Below, piece after piece: positions 1 through 9,013 of a stretch of DNA of 32,725 nt. Every line of letters starts with the position of its first letter. Position 1 is the first letter of the stretch. Under the pieces are notes generated by a model. It was given only the letters and a program-made list of their open reading frames with translations. It had not been told where the DNA came from and ran no database searches. A program made the position numbers and the translations under genes. Source of the stretch: Pseudomonadota bacterium. GTDB taxonomy: Bacteria; Bdellovibrionota_G; JALEGL01; DATDPG01. The stretch is taken from NCBI GenBank assembly GCA_043804515.1, contig JAZDIZ010000185.1, positions 1-32,725 on the forward strand, written 5' to 3'.

Positions 1-7
1 CACAGCG

Positions 8-240
8 GAAGGGACGAGACGGCCGGAGGCTGCCGGCACCTTTGAGGTGGCAGCCGAGGCCGGGCCCGGAGGCAAAAATTGCGGCGCAATTTTTGACCGT
101 AGGGCGAGTCCCATAACAGGGAGAAGTCCCTTCAGGCGCACCAGCCTTCGCTGAGTGAAACGAAGCGAAGGCTGTCTCGCCGAAGCGTTAGCGAAGGCGG
201 ACTCCCCGAACATTGAACTTGTGCTACGGCTAGGCAAGGC
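8..240. repeat. Cluster of palindromic/hairpin (REP-like) elements in the intergenic region
   Basis: Inverted repeats read directly: ggctgcc(28-34)/ggcagcc(49-55); caaaaattgc(73-82)/gcaatttttg(86-95); cagccttcgct(142-152)/agcgaaggctg(164-174); long-range gaagggac(8-15)/gtcccttc(126-133). No credible ORF. Confidence 0.7.
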
Positions 241-252
241 GTCCTTATCGCG

Positions 253-1869
253 TCAGAATCGCTCAATCAAAGGACCAAGCTGGAGAAAGTCGCCGATGAC
301 GTTTCCCCCTGCGGCGGTGGCGACGGCCTCTGACTTCGGATTGTAGGCCACCGGGAGCCCCACGGCCCTCATTGCCTCGATGTCATTGGTGGAGTCGCCC
401 ACAAAACAAATCCGGGAAAGAGGGATGCCCAGCCGATTGGCCTGCCGCTCCAGAGCCTCCAACTTCTGGTCGAACGGCACTTTGATTCGGACCGTCCCGT
501 CGAATTTTCCCTGCGAAAGGCCCATCGTGTTTGAAACCTCGAAATCCAAACCGAGGGTTTTTCGGATCTCCTCACTGACCATGCTGAGCCCGCTGGACAC
601 GATACCGGTCCGGTAATGCTCTTTGAGGGCGTGAACGCAGTCCACAAACCCCCGGCTATACGGAGGCATGCCCGAACACGGGAAGAGCACGTCCTTGACC
701 TCCGAAAAGTTCCGTCCGCGGACCTCGTGGGCGCAGCGTTCCCAGATCTCTCTATAGGACATCTTCCGGTGGAAGTACTGATCCACCCATTCCCCCATCT
801 TCTCGTAAATGCCGAAGGCCCACCCGATCGCGGCCCAGGTGGAGAAACCGGACGGGAGGCCGTACTGGAGGATCGTGCCGTCCATGTCGAAAATGACGGC
901 GTCGATCTTGGGATTCTTCCGGTGGGGGTGAGTGAAGAGCCTTCGGAGGAAACCATCGTTGTCCTTTAGAAGTATTTCGGCCTTCCCGCGGGGTATGCCA
1001 AGAACGCCCATGGCGAGAGCCGTCGTGACATGACCGTCGGCGTTCTTGAGCAATGCCGCTGCCTCTTCCTCCCCGAGCCTGGTGACGCCCCTCAAAATCC
1101 GGATTCCGCGGCGCACCAGTTTCCTGTTGGAACAGCGGAGATCCACCATCAGGTTTCCATAGGTTCTTCCTGTGCGGATCATGGCGCCCGTGGAGATCAT
1201 ATTGAGGGCCATCTTGGCCGCGGTTCCGGCCTTCATTCGCGTTGATCCCGTGATGATCTCGGCGCCGGTCAAAAGAGAGATCAGCAGGTCCGCCACGGCT
1301 TTCGGTTCCGGCACCGAAGTGGAAGTGATGAGAACCGTGCGGCACTTCCGACGCCGGGCTTCCTCCAATGCGCCACGCACGTAGGGCGTAGTGGCGCCGG
1401 AGGAGATGCCGATCACGAGGTCTTTGCCGCGGATCTTCCTTTTCCGGACATCGCGTGCGCCCGCCTTGGGATCATCCTCGGCTCCCTCGATCGCACGGGT
1501 GAGAGCCCCGGGTCCCCCCGCCACGAGTGCCTGGACGAGCTCGGGCGGGACACCGAACGTCGGGGGACATTCGGAGGCATCCAGCTGGCCCAAACGGCCG
1601 CTGGTTCCGGCGCCGACATAAAAGAGGCGTCCGCCTTCCGAGAACGCCTGGGTCGCCCAATCGATCGCCGTGGCGATCGATGCGCGGGCCTCGAAGACGG
1701 CCTGGCTGATCCGGGAATCCTCCCGGTTTATGATCTCGACGATATCGAGGCTGCTCTTGACGTCGATATCTTCGGAAAGCGGGTTCCTTTGCTCGGTCAG
1801 GGCCAGAGGCCTTTCACTCCCCGAACGGGTGCGAGGTGCCTCGGGCTTGATTGTGTCTTTTGGCTTCAC
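253..1869 (-). CDS. murQ: N-acetylmuramic acid 6-phosphate etherase (MurQ) fused to a C-terminal HAD-family phosphatase
   Basis: MurQ motifs TEQRNP, GAGTSGRLG, DASECPPTF, IEGAED, TGSTRMKAGTA, GNLMVDL. C-terminal ~215 aa has HAD motifs DMDGT, SSG, K and GDSTND. GTG start overlaps the upstream stop (GTGA, 1866-1869). Confidence 0.9.
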   Translation of the reverse strand: MKPKDTIKPEAPRTRSGSERPLALTEQRNPLSEDIDVKSSLDIVEIINREDSRISQAVFEARASIATAIDWATQAFSEGGRLFYVGAGTSGRLGQLDASECPPTFGVPPELVQALVAGGPGALTRAIEGAEDDPKAGARDVRKRKIRGKDLVIGISSGATTPYVRGALEEARRRKCRTVLITSTSVPEPKAVADLLISLLTGAEIITGSTRMKAGTAAKMALNMISTGAMIRTGRTYGNLMVDLRCSNRKLVRRGIRILRGVTRLGEEEAAALLKNADGHVTTALAMGVLGIPRGKAEILLKDNDGFLRRLFTHPHRKNPKIDAVIFDMDGTILQYGLPSGFSTWAAIGWAFGIYEKMGEWVDQYFHRKMSYREIWERCAHEVRGRNFSEVKDVLFPCSGMPPYSRGFVDCVHALKEHYRTGIVSSGLSMVSEEIRKTLGLDFEVSNTMGLSQGKFDGTVRIKVPFDQKLEALERQANRLGIPLSRICFVGDSTNDIEAMRAVGLPVAYNPKSEAVATAAGGNVIGDFLQLGPLIERF

Positions 1870-3263
1870 AGCGGGAGGACCTTTCCGGGGTTCAATAGAT
1901 TGTCGGGATCGAAAGCGCGCTTGATCCTGCGCATGAGATCAATCTGGGCCTTGGACAGGGCCATCGGGAGAAAATCGCGTTTGAGAATCCCGATGCCGTG
2001 CTCCCCCGAGATCGTGCCTCCCAAAGCTATGGTCCGCCGCAAAAACTCAGCCAGTGCGCCCTTCGATCGGGCCTTCCATTCGTCTTTGGAAACGGAACCT
2101 CGCCGGAAATAGGTGTGGAGGTTTCCGTCGCCGGCATGTCCGTAACAAACCACTTCCAGCCCGTGGGCCGCGGCCACCTCTTGGGCGGCGTCGGCCAGCT
2201 CAGGCACCCGTCGGCGCGGAACCACGCTGTCGGCCTCCTCATATTCGCCGGAGTTGGCTACCGAATCCCGGATGTTCTTGCGCACGTTCCAGAGCTCGTC
2301 GCGTTGCGACGAAGTCGTCGCCAGGACCGGGTCGGCGGCCTGGGTCTTGGAGAGAACGCTCGCCAATCTTTCCACCTGGGGATCCAGCGCCGAGCCGTCC
2401 CGGCTATCCAATTCGATCAGGAGGGAGGCCGCATGCTCGGGAAACGGGAACCGAAGCGTGGAATTGCGTGCGAGCACGCATCCGACGGCGGCCTTGGGAA
2501 TCAGTTCCAAAGTGGGTGGAAGAATCCGTGCCCCGAGGATGTCCACGACGGCGGCGGATACGGTTTTGAGGGAATCGAACGGGACGAGAAGCGTGGCGCG
2601 TTCCTTGGGGAGGGGAATCAATTTCACAATGATTTTCGTGACGATCCCCAATGTCCCCTCGGATCCGACGATCAACTGCGTCAGATTGTAGCCCGTGGAA
2701 TTCTTGACGAAGCGCCCCCCCGTTTCGATCACATCGCCGGTGGGCAGGACCACCTCCAATCCAAGGACGTATTCGCGAGTCACGCCGTATTTCACGGCGC
2801 ATAGTCCGCCGGCGTTCGTGGCAATATTGCCCCCGATTGTGCACAGATCGATGCTGGCGGGGATCGGAGGATAGAAAAGCCCCTTGGCTTCGACAGCCTT
2901 CCGGATCTCGGCGGTGATCACGCCCGGCTCCACGACCGCCACCCCGTCCCCCTCATCGATTTCAAGGATCCGGTTCATCCGCTCGAGCGAGACCACGAGT
3001 GCCTCGGAGATCGCCACCGCCGCGCCGCTCAGGCCTGAACCGGCCCCGCGGGGAATAACGGGCATTCTCTCCTTTCGGGCCCAGAGGATGATGCTTGCGA
3101 CTTCCGGCGTGTTCTTCGGAAACACCACGGCCAGCGGAGCCGTGGCTCCGCGGAACGCCTCATCGTGGGCGTACGCTTCGAGCCGTTCCGGGTCGGACCA
3201 AACCTCCAGGCCGGGCGGGAGGGAGCGCAGGCTCTCAAGCGATTTTCGGTGGGGCACCGGCAT
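1866..3263 (-). CDS. FAD-linked oxidase/dehydrogenase, GlcD / D-lactate dehydrogenase (VAO/PCMH) family
   Basis: PRGAGSGLSG, TIGGNIATNAGG, VKYGVT, GSEGTLG, GHAGDGNLH, GTISGEHGIG, DPDNLLNPGK. Start moved to ATG 3263 (TAAGAT lies 8 nt upstream). Confidence 0.9.
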   Translation of the reverse strand: MPVPHRKSLESLRSLPPGLEVWSDPERLEAYAHDEAFRGATAPLAVVFPKNTPEVASIILWARKERMPVIPRGAGSGLSGAAVAISEALVVSLERMNRILEIDEGDGVAVVEPGVITAEIRKAVEAKGLFYPPIPASIDLCTIGGNIATNAGGLCAVKYGVTREYVLGLEVVLPTGDVIETGGRFVKNSTGYNLTQLIVGSEGTLGIVTKIIVKLIPLPKERATLLVPFDSLKTVSAAVVDILGARILPPTLELIPKAAVGCVLARNSTLRFPFPEHAASLLIELDSRDGSALDPQVERLASVLSKTQAADPVLATTSSQRDELWNVRKNIRDSVANSGEYEEADSVVPRRRVPELADAAQEVAAAHGLEVVCYGHAGDGNLHTYFRRGSVSKDEWKARSKGALAEFLRRTIALGGTISGEHGIGILKRDFLPMALSKAQIDLMRRIKRAFDPDNLLNPGKVLPL

Positions 3264-3381
3264 GAAAGAAAATCTTATGTCAGATGGAGGAGGTTCACCA
3301 GGCAATCGGGGGTTCGTTTGCCGTCATGGGAGGTAGCGACTCTTCTTGCCATCCTCCCCCGTCATGACTAAGGAGGCGAAT

Positions 3382-5184
3382 ATGAGGAAAATCACGCGAG
3401 AGATCTGGACGTTGTTCCTGTTTTTTGCGTTCTGTCCGCCGGCCCTGGCGGCGGGCGGCGCTCAAAAGCGGGCGGACGAGTTTCTGAAAACCTATAACGC
3501 GTTCCACCAGCCGATCACGTATCAGGTGAGCGAAGCGTATTGGAAGGCCTCCACCGACGTGAAGGACGAGTCCGTAGGCGAGCGGATCGGTGCGGAAAAG
3601 ACGGCCTCGGTATTTTGGGGGAACCGCTACGTGATCGATCGCGCGCGTGAATTACTCAAGCACAGAAGGGAACTGGCGCCGATCACCGTCCGTCAGCTCA
3701 GGCAGATCCTCTACCTGGCTTCCCGGTATCCCGCCACGATTCCGGACGTTGTGCGGGATCTGGTGGAGGCGGAGGCGAAACAAGCGGAGATCCAGGACGC
3801 TTTTCAATATTGCCTCAAGCGAAGCGGTACGAAATGTACGAAGCCGATCACGCCCAACGGGATCGACGAAATCCTTCTTAGGGAAACCAATCTCAAAAAA
3901 CGGCTTCAAGCCTGGAGCGCCTCAAAGGAACTTGGAAAACCACTTAAAGACGGCCTGGAGCGGCTGGAAGCGCTGCGAAACCGCGTGGCGAAGGAGATGG
4001 GGCATTCCTCGTTTTTCGCACTACAGGTGTCCGACTACGACATGAGTGTCGCCGATATGATGTCGCTTCTGGACCGGACGCTGGCGGACACGAAACCGCT
4101 CTATGACCAGCTTCACTGCTGGGCGAAAAATGATTTGGCCAAGAAATACGGCCGGCCGGTTCCCAAGAAAATCCCGGCTGATTGGCTGGGAAACCGCTGG
4201 GGGCAGGAATGGCCCGGCCTTGTGAAGGCCGCCGAGCTGGACGACCTGTTTAAAGGCAAGACGCCGCAGTGGATCGTGGAGCAGGCGGAACGCTTCTACC
4301 TGACGCTCGGCTTTTCGAAGCTGCCCGAATCGTTCTGGAAAAAGTCGGACCTCTTTGCCCTTCCGGCCAATGCGCCGCGAAAGAAGAACACGCATGCATC
4401 CGCATGGCACATGGACATCGATCACGACGTCCGTTCGCTCATGAGCGTGGAGCCGAACTGGTACTGGTTCGGGACGGCGCACCACGAGCTGGGGCATATC
4501 TTCTACTTCCTCTCGTATTCGAGGCCGGCGGTTCCGCTGGTGCTTCGCGAAGGGGCCAACCGGGCCTTCCACGAGGCCGTTGGGGACCTGATTTTCATCG
4601 CGTCGACGCAACCCGAGTACCTTAGGAAGATCGGTCTTCTCCCTGCCGACCGGAAGATCGATGCGACGCAATGGATGCTGAATCAGGCGCTCGAGGAAAG
4701 CATCGTGTTCCTGCCCTGGTCCGCGGGCGTGATGAGCCATTTCGAGCATGACCTGTACGAGAAGAACCTCCCGAAATCGGACTTCAACCGCCGCTGGTGG
4801 GAGCTGGTGAACACGTACCAGGGGATCGAGGCGCCGGGGCCGAGGCCGGAAGACTCCTGCGACGCCTGCACGAAGACCCACATCAACGACGATCCGGCCC
4901 AATATTACGACTACGCTTTGGCGGTCCTGATCAAACATCAGTTGCACAGCCACATCTGCTCGAAGATCCTGAAAACGGACGTGCATTCCTGCGATTACAC
5001 ACGGGATCCGAAGGTCGGGGCGTTCCTGAGCGGAATTCTGAAAGCCGGAAAGACCCGGGACTGGCGCAAGGTGATGATGGAAGCCACGGGCGAACCGATC
5101 GGCAGCCGGGCGCTTATGGAATATTACGCGCCGCTTGCGGAATATCTGAAATCGCAAAACGCGGGACGGGAGTGTTCGTACTGA
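3382..5184 (+). CDS. Secreted M2-family metallopeptidase (angiotensin-converting-enzyme-like peptidyl-dipeptidase)
   Basis: AGGAGG RBS (3371-3376) before ATG 3382; signal peptide; HASAW, HHELGH (HExxH) and GANRAFHEAVGD motifs typical of the ACE family. Confidence 0.9.
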   Translation: MRKITREIWTLFLFFAFCPPALAAGGAQKRADEFLKTYNAFHQPITYQVSEAYWKASTDVKDESVGERIGAEKTASVFWGNRYVIDRARELLKHRRELAPITVRQLRQILYLASRYPATIPDVVRDLVEAEAKQAEIQDAFQYCLKRSGTKCTKPITPNGIDEILLRETNLKKRLQAWSASKELGKPLKDGLERLEALRNRVAKEMGHSSFFALQVSDYDMSVADMMSLLDRTLADTKPLYDQLHCWAKNDLAKKYGRPVPKKIPADWLGNRWGQEWPGLVKAAELDDLFKGKTPQWIVEQAERFYLTLGFSKLPESFWKKSDLFALPANAPRKKNTHASAWHMDIDHDVRSLMSVEPNWYWFGTAHHELGHIFYFLSYSRPAVPLVLREGANRAFHEAVGDLIFIASTQPEYLRKIGLLPADRKIDATQWMLNQALEESIVFLPWSAGVMSHFEHDLYEKNLPKSDFNRRWWELVNTYQGIEAPGPRPEDSCDACTKTHINDDPAQYYDYALAVLIKHQLHSHICSKILKTDVHSCDYTRDPKVGAFLSGILKAGKTRDWRKVMMEATGEPIGSRALMEYYAPLAEYLKSQNAGRECSY

Positions 5185-5195
5185 ACGGGGAGCTG

Positions 5196-5819
5196 ATGCG
5201 GCGATTTGTTCGGATTGCGGGGTTCGGGCTGCTGGCCGCGGGCGCTGCGTGGGCGGGGGATGCCGAACAACCGTACAGGATCTCCACGGAGGTGAAAGGC
5301 GTCCCGGATTCCCGCCTTGAGGTCGTTACGTCGGAAGCCCATTACCCGTACCCGCCCGAAAAAGTGTGGGCCGTCCTGACCGACTTCGCGTTATTTCCCC
5401 AATTCCTCCCCCGGGTGAAGGAGTGCCAATCCCTCGGTGTGGCCCGAGGAACGGAGCAAATCTACTTCACGTTCTCGCTCCCGTTTCCCCTTCCAAATCT
5501 GTGGAATATCGTGGCGCTGGCCAGGGATTCGGCGAACCATCGTTTCGAATGGGACCTGGTGGCGGGAAATATGAACGCCAATCGGGGCAAGTTCTCGGTG
5601 GAAGCGGAGCCTGCGGGAAGCGTTGCCCGCATGGACGTTCAGGTGGATGTCGGGCTGTTTCTTCCCAAATGGGTCATTAAAATCGGGACGAAGATCTTTC
5701 TGCCGAAAGTGCTTCGGGCCTTCGGAGACCGGGTCGCGGAGCTTCAACGTGCGCAGCCGAAGGGAACCATCCTCCCCGCGTCCGTATCTGCGGGTCCGGT
5801 TCCGATACCCTCAAGGTGA
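5196..5819 (+). CDS. Exported SRPBCC/START (polyketide cyclase-like) domain protein
   Basis: ATG 5196 just after the M2 stop; signal peptide ending in AWA; PEKVWAVLTDF..FPQFLPRVKEC pattern typical of SRPBCC proteins. Confidence 0.75.
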   Translation: MRRFVRIAGFGLLAAGAAWAGDAEQPYRISTEVKGVPDSRLEVVTSEAHYPYPPEKVWAVLTDFALFPQFLPRVKECQSLGVARGTEQIYFTFSLPFPLPNLWNIVALARDSANHRFEWDLVAGNMNANRGKFSVEAEPAGSVARMDVQVDVGLFLPKWVIKIGTKIFLPKVLRAFGDRVAELQRAQPKGTILPASVSAGPVPIPSR

Positions 5820-7418
5820 TCCGGAAGTTTTTTCCAGACGCCGCAAGGCTTCAGCCGCCTTTTCATAGCCGGGGTCAAACTCCAGGGCTTTCCGGTACCA
5901 CGCGAGCGCCTGCCTAAAGTCCCCCTTGCTTTCGAAATAGTATCCATAGTTGAACGCCGTTTTCGGCCGCTTCGGCGCGGCCTTGAGCGATCGCTCCAGC
6001 AAATCCCTTGCCTGGGAGAAATCCCTTCTTTGGATGCTGTACACGGCCAGATTGTTGAGAGCCGGGAGATAATCGGGCCTCAGGTTCAGAGCGTCCCGAA
6101 GGTTGCGGGTTTCACTTTCCGCGTCCCCGCGCCGGTGGCTGTCCACAGAGAGTTGATAATACGCCCAGTAATTGGATGGGTCCTGCTCCAGGACGCTTCG
6201 ATAGAGCCGCGCTTCGGTGCTCCAATCGCCGGAGCGGGCCACCGTCTGTACGGAGAGTAGAATCACCCAAAGGGACAGGCCGGCGATCACGGTCCTGCGG
6301 GTGAACGCCGAGACGTGAACGCGCGATGAAGAGAGCAGAGCGGCCACGAGAGCCGACACCAAAAGGGAAATACCGGCCAGAGGGATGTAGAAAAATCTCT
6401 CGCCGATCCAGGTGCTCATGTCCAGAATGAGCGCCACCGGAAGAAGACAGCCGAGAATGAGACCCGCGCCCATCATCGGCAGCCTTCGCCGCCAGCTGGC
6501 GGCAACAACTAGGAGCCAGCCGCATGCATGGGCGAAAAAAGGGACCAGATCGCGGGAGGGAACGAACGTGACGTGTTCATAAAGGCGAAGGAAGGCGGAA
6601 CGTCCGGGAAGAACCAGCAGCTCGATAAAGCGTTTGGATAGGGTCACGCAATTCTTGAAGATCACCGGATCCAGAAGAGGTACGTCACGATGCACGATGT
6701 GGCCCCTCCACGCGAGAGCGGGGATGAGGAGAGCCAGCGAGACCCCAAGACACGATAGAAGCCGTCTTCGGACGCCGGCGTCGGCGTGCGCCGTGAGTCC
6801 GAGCGCCAGCGGCGCGAGAATCGGGATCGGGGCGAACGTCTCCTTGGAATAAAGGCCGAGCGGAATGGTGGCGCCGTAGAGCAGCCACCAGGGTTTCAAT
6901 GAGGCCGTTGTGCCCGGATCCGCAATCCGAACAGCGGCATGCAAATGAAGCAGCGCAAACAACATGGCCAGAAGATCCGTACGAGCCGAAATCCAGGTGA
7001 CGGCCTCGATCACGATCGGATGGAAGGCGAAAACCGCAGACGCTAAAACCGCTCCCCATATCGGAACAAAGCGCAGGGCTAGGAGGAAGAGGAGCAGCAC
7101 GTTCAACGCGTGCAGAATGTCGTTGTGAATGTGGAACGCGCGGGGGTTGGGCCCGAATAGTTGATAATCCGAAAGAAGGGAGAGCAGAAAGAACGGCCGA
7201 TAGATGTCGCCCGCGAAAGACTCGCCCCGGACCGAATCCTGGACCCGCCCGGTGAAGAACCCGGGAATCGACCGCATCGAATGGAGAGTGGGGTTCTGAA
7301 CGATCTGGGGATAATCATCCAGGACCCATGGAGCGCGTTCATTGAGGCACACGAAATAGGCGAAGGTCAGAAGAAAAACCGCGGCGGCGACGAAACGGCG
7401 GGCGGGAATTCGATTCAA
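5811..7418 (-). CDS. TMTC-like GT-C membrane glycosyltransferase with C-terminal TPRs (copy 1)
   Basis: LDD acidic motif, DIYRP, HP..EAVTWISAR.DL, SKE and ERFFYIP motifs, many TM helices, TPR tail. TTG 7418 overlaps the copy-2 stop (TTGA) and gives 535 aa, matching its paralogs. Confidence 0.8.
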   Translation of the reverse strand: MNRIPARRFVAAAVFLLTFAYFVCLNERAPWVLDDYPQIVQNPTLHSMRSIPGFFTGRVQDSVRGESFAGDIYRPFFLLSLLSDYQLFGPNPRAFHIHNDILHALNVLLLFLLALRFVPIWGAVLASAVFAFHPIVIEAVTWISARTDLLAMLFALLHLHAAVRIADPGTTASLKPWWLLYGATIPLGLYSKETFAPIPILAPLALGLTAHADAGVRRRLLSCLGVSLALLIPALAWRGHIVHRDVPLLDPVIFKNCVTLSKRFIELLVLPGRSAFLRLYEHVTFVPSRDLVPFFAHACGWLLVVAASWRRRLPMMGAGLILGCLLPVALILDMSTWIGERFFYIPLAGISLLVSALVAALLSSSRVHVSAFTRRTVIAGLSLWVILLSVQTVARSGDWSTEARLYRSVLEQDPSNYWAYYQLSVDSHRRGDAESETRNLRDALNLRPDYLPALNNLAVYSIQRRDFSQARDLLERSLKAAPKRPKTAFNYGYYFESKGDFRQALAWYRKALEFDPGYEKAAEALRRLEKTSGSP

Positions 7419-9013
7419 GGCGTCACTTTCAGGCGGGCCAGGGTTTCGGCCGCTTTCCGGTACTGGGGATCGAGCTCCAATGCCCTCCGGTACCACGCGA
7501 GCGCCTGCCTAAAGTCCCCCTTGCTTTCGAAATAGTACCCGTAATTGAAAGCCGTTTTGGCCCGCGTGGGCGCGGCTCTGAGCGATCGGTCCAGCAACTG
7601 CTTGGCTTCCGTGAAATGCTTTCGTTGGATCTGATACACCGCGAGGTTGTTGAGAATCCGGAGATCATCAGGCCTGGTCTCCAGCGCAGCGCGGAGATAC
7701 CGGATCTGGCCATCCAAATCCCCTTGTCGGTGGCTGTCCACCGAGAGCTGATAATACGCCCAATAATTGGATGGATCCCGTTCCACGACGCTTCGATAAA
7801 GCCGCTCTTCGGTTCTCCATTCGCCCGAGCGCACTCCGGTTTGAATGGCGAGTAAAATAATCCACACCACAAGGCCCCCCTTCAAGAATCGGCGCGTGAA
7901 CGTGGAAAGGGGGATGCGCGACGTTGAAAGCAGGGATGCCGCCACGGCTGAAATCCACAGGGAAAGACCGCCGAGAGGAATGTAGAAATACCGCTCACCG
8001 ATAAATGTGCTCATGTCCAGAATCAGGACAACCGGAAGAAGAGAGCCGAGAATGAGATTCGTGGCAAGCAAGGCCGGCCTTTGTCGCCAGGTAGCCACAA
8101 TAGCCAATAACCAACCCAGCGCATGGAGCAAAAGCGGAAAAAGGTCACGCGACACAACGAACCTAACGTGTTCGTACATGCGCAGGAAAGAGGACCGGTC
8201 TGGAAAAATCAGCAGCTCAAGAAACCGACGGGACAGGGTCAGCGCATTCTTGAAAATCACCGGATCGAAAGGCGGGACGGTATGTCCTACAATATGGTGT
8301 CTCCACGCGAGGCCGGGCAAAAGCACAACCACTGCGATCGTTGCGCAGACCCATAATCGTCTTCGAACGGTTGTCTCACCTCTTGCCGTGAGGCCGATCG
8401 CTAGAAGCGTGAAGAGCGGGATCGTTACGAAAGTCTCCTTGCTGTATAGACCCAGCGGGATTGAAATTCCGTACAACAGCCACCAGAGCTTTGAGGGCGT
8501 CGTTCGCGCGGATTCGAAAAGCCGGACCGCCGCATAGAGGTGCAGCAGAGTGTAAAGCATCACGAGCAGATCCGGTCGGGCCGAAATCCACGTAATGGCT
8601 TCAACCCCAATTGGATGGACGGCGAACAGGGCCGATGCAAAGACAGCCGCCCATGTCGGAAGGAAGCGGACGGCGAGGAGATAGAGAAGCAAAACATTGA
8701 GCGCGTGCAGAAGGTCGTTGTGGAGGTGGAAGCCCCACGCTCTCGCCCCGAAAAACTGATAATCCAGGTACAGGGAAAGCAGACAGAACGGGCGATAAAT
8801 GTCAGCGCCGAAAGTCGTGCTTGCAATGGACTTCTGAAAGGAGCCGGTGAAGAATCCAGGCACGGAGCCGGGAGAAGACAAGTGTGGATTGTGCACGACC
8901 TGGGCATAGTCATCCCAGACCCATGCGGCCCGCTCATTCAGAAACGCGAAGAACAGAAAGGTGAGAAGGAACACAGCGAGGGGAACAGCGCAACGAGTTG
9001 AGACTCGGGTCAA
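7415..9013 (-). CDS. TMTC-like GT-C membrane glycosyltransferase with C-terminal TPRs (copy 2)
   Basis: WDD, DIYRP, HP..EAITWISAR.DL, SKE, ERYFYIP, TPR tail; 532 aa; TTG start overlaps the copy-3 stop. Confidence 0.8.
   Translation of the reverse strand: MTRVSTRCAVPLAVFLLTFLFFAFLNERAAWVWDDYAQVVHNPHLSSPGSVPGFFTGSFQKSIASTTFGADIYRPFCLLSLYLDYQFFGARAWGFHLHNDLLHALNVLLLYLLAVRFLPTWAAVFASALFAVHPIGVEAITWISARPDLLVMLYTLLHLYAAVRLFESARTTPSKLWWLLYGISIPLGLYSKETFVTIPLFTLLAIGLTARGETTVRRRLWVCATIAVVVLLPGLAWRHHIVGHTVPPFDPVIFKNALTLSRRFLELLIFPDRSSFLRMYEHVRFVVSRDLFPLLLHALGWLLAIVATWRQRPALLATNLILGSLLPVVLILDMSTFIGERYFYIPLGGLSLWISAVAASLLSTSRIPLSTFTRRFLKGGLVVWIILLAIQTGVRSGEWRTEERLYRSVVERDPSNYWAYYQLSVDSHRQGDLDGQIRYLRAALETRPDDLRILNNLAVYQIQRKHFTEAKQLLDRSLRAAPTRAKTAFNYGYYFESKGDFRQALAWYRRALELDPQYRKAAETLARLKVTP

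Noticed and set aside
1..250. Possible CRISPR array or complete tRNA/ncRNA at the window start
   Set aside because: Hairpins differ from each other, there is no repeat-spacer periodicity, and no D-arm or anticodon arm precedes the CCA-ending segment.
4797..5195. N-terminal extension of the SRPBCC ORF (340-aa version)
   Set aside because: Overlaps the M2 peptidase in another frame; a signal peptide starts at ATG 5196.
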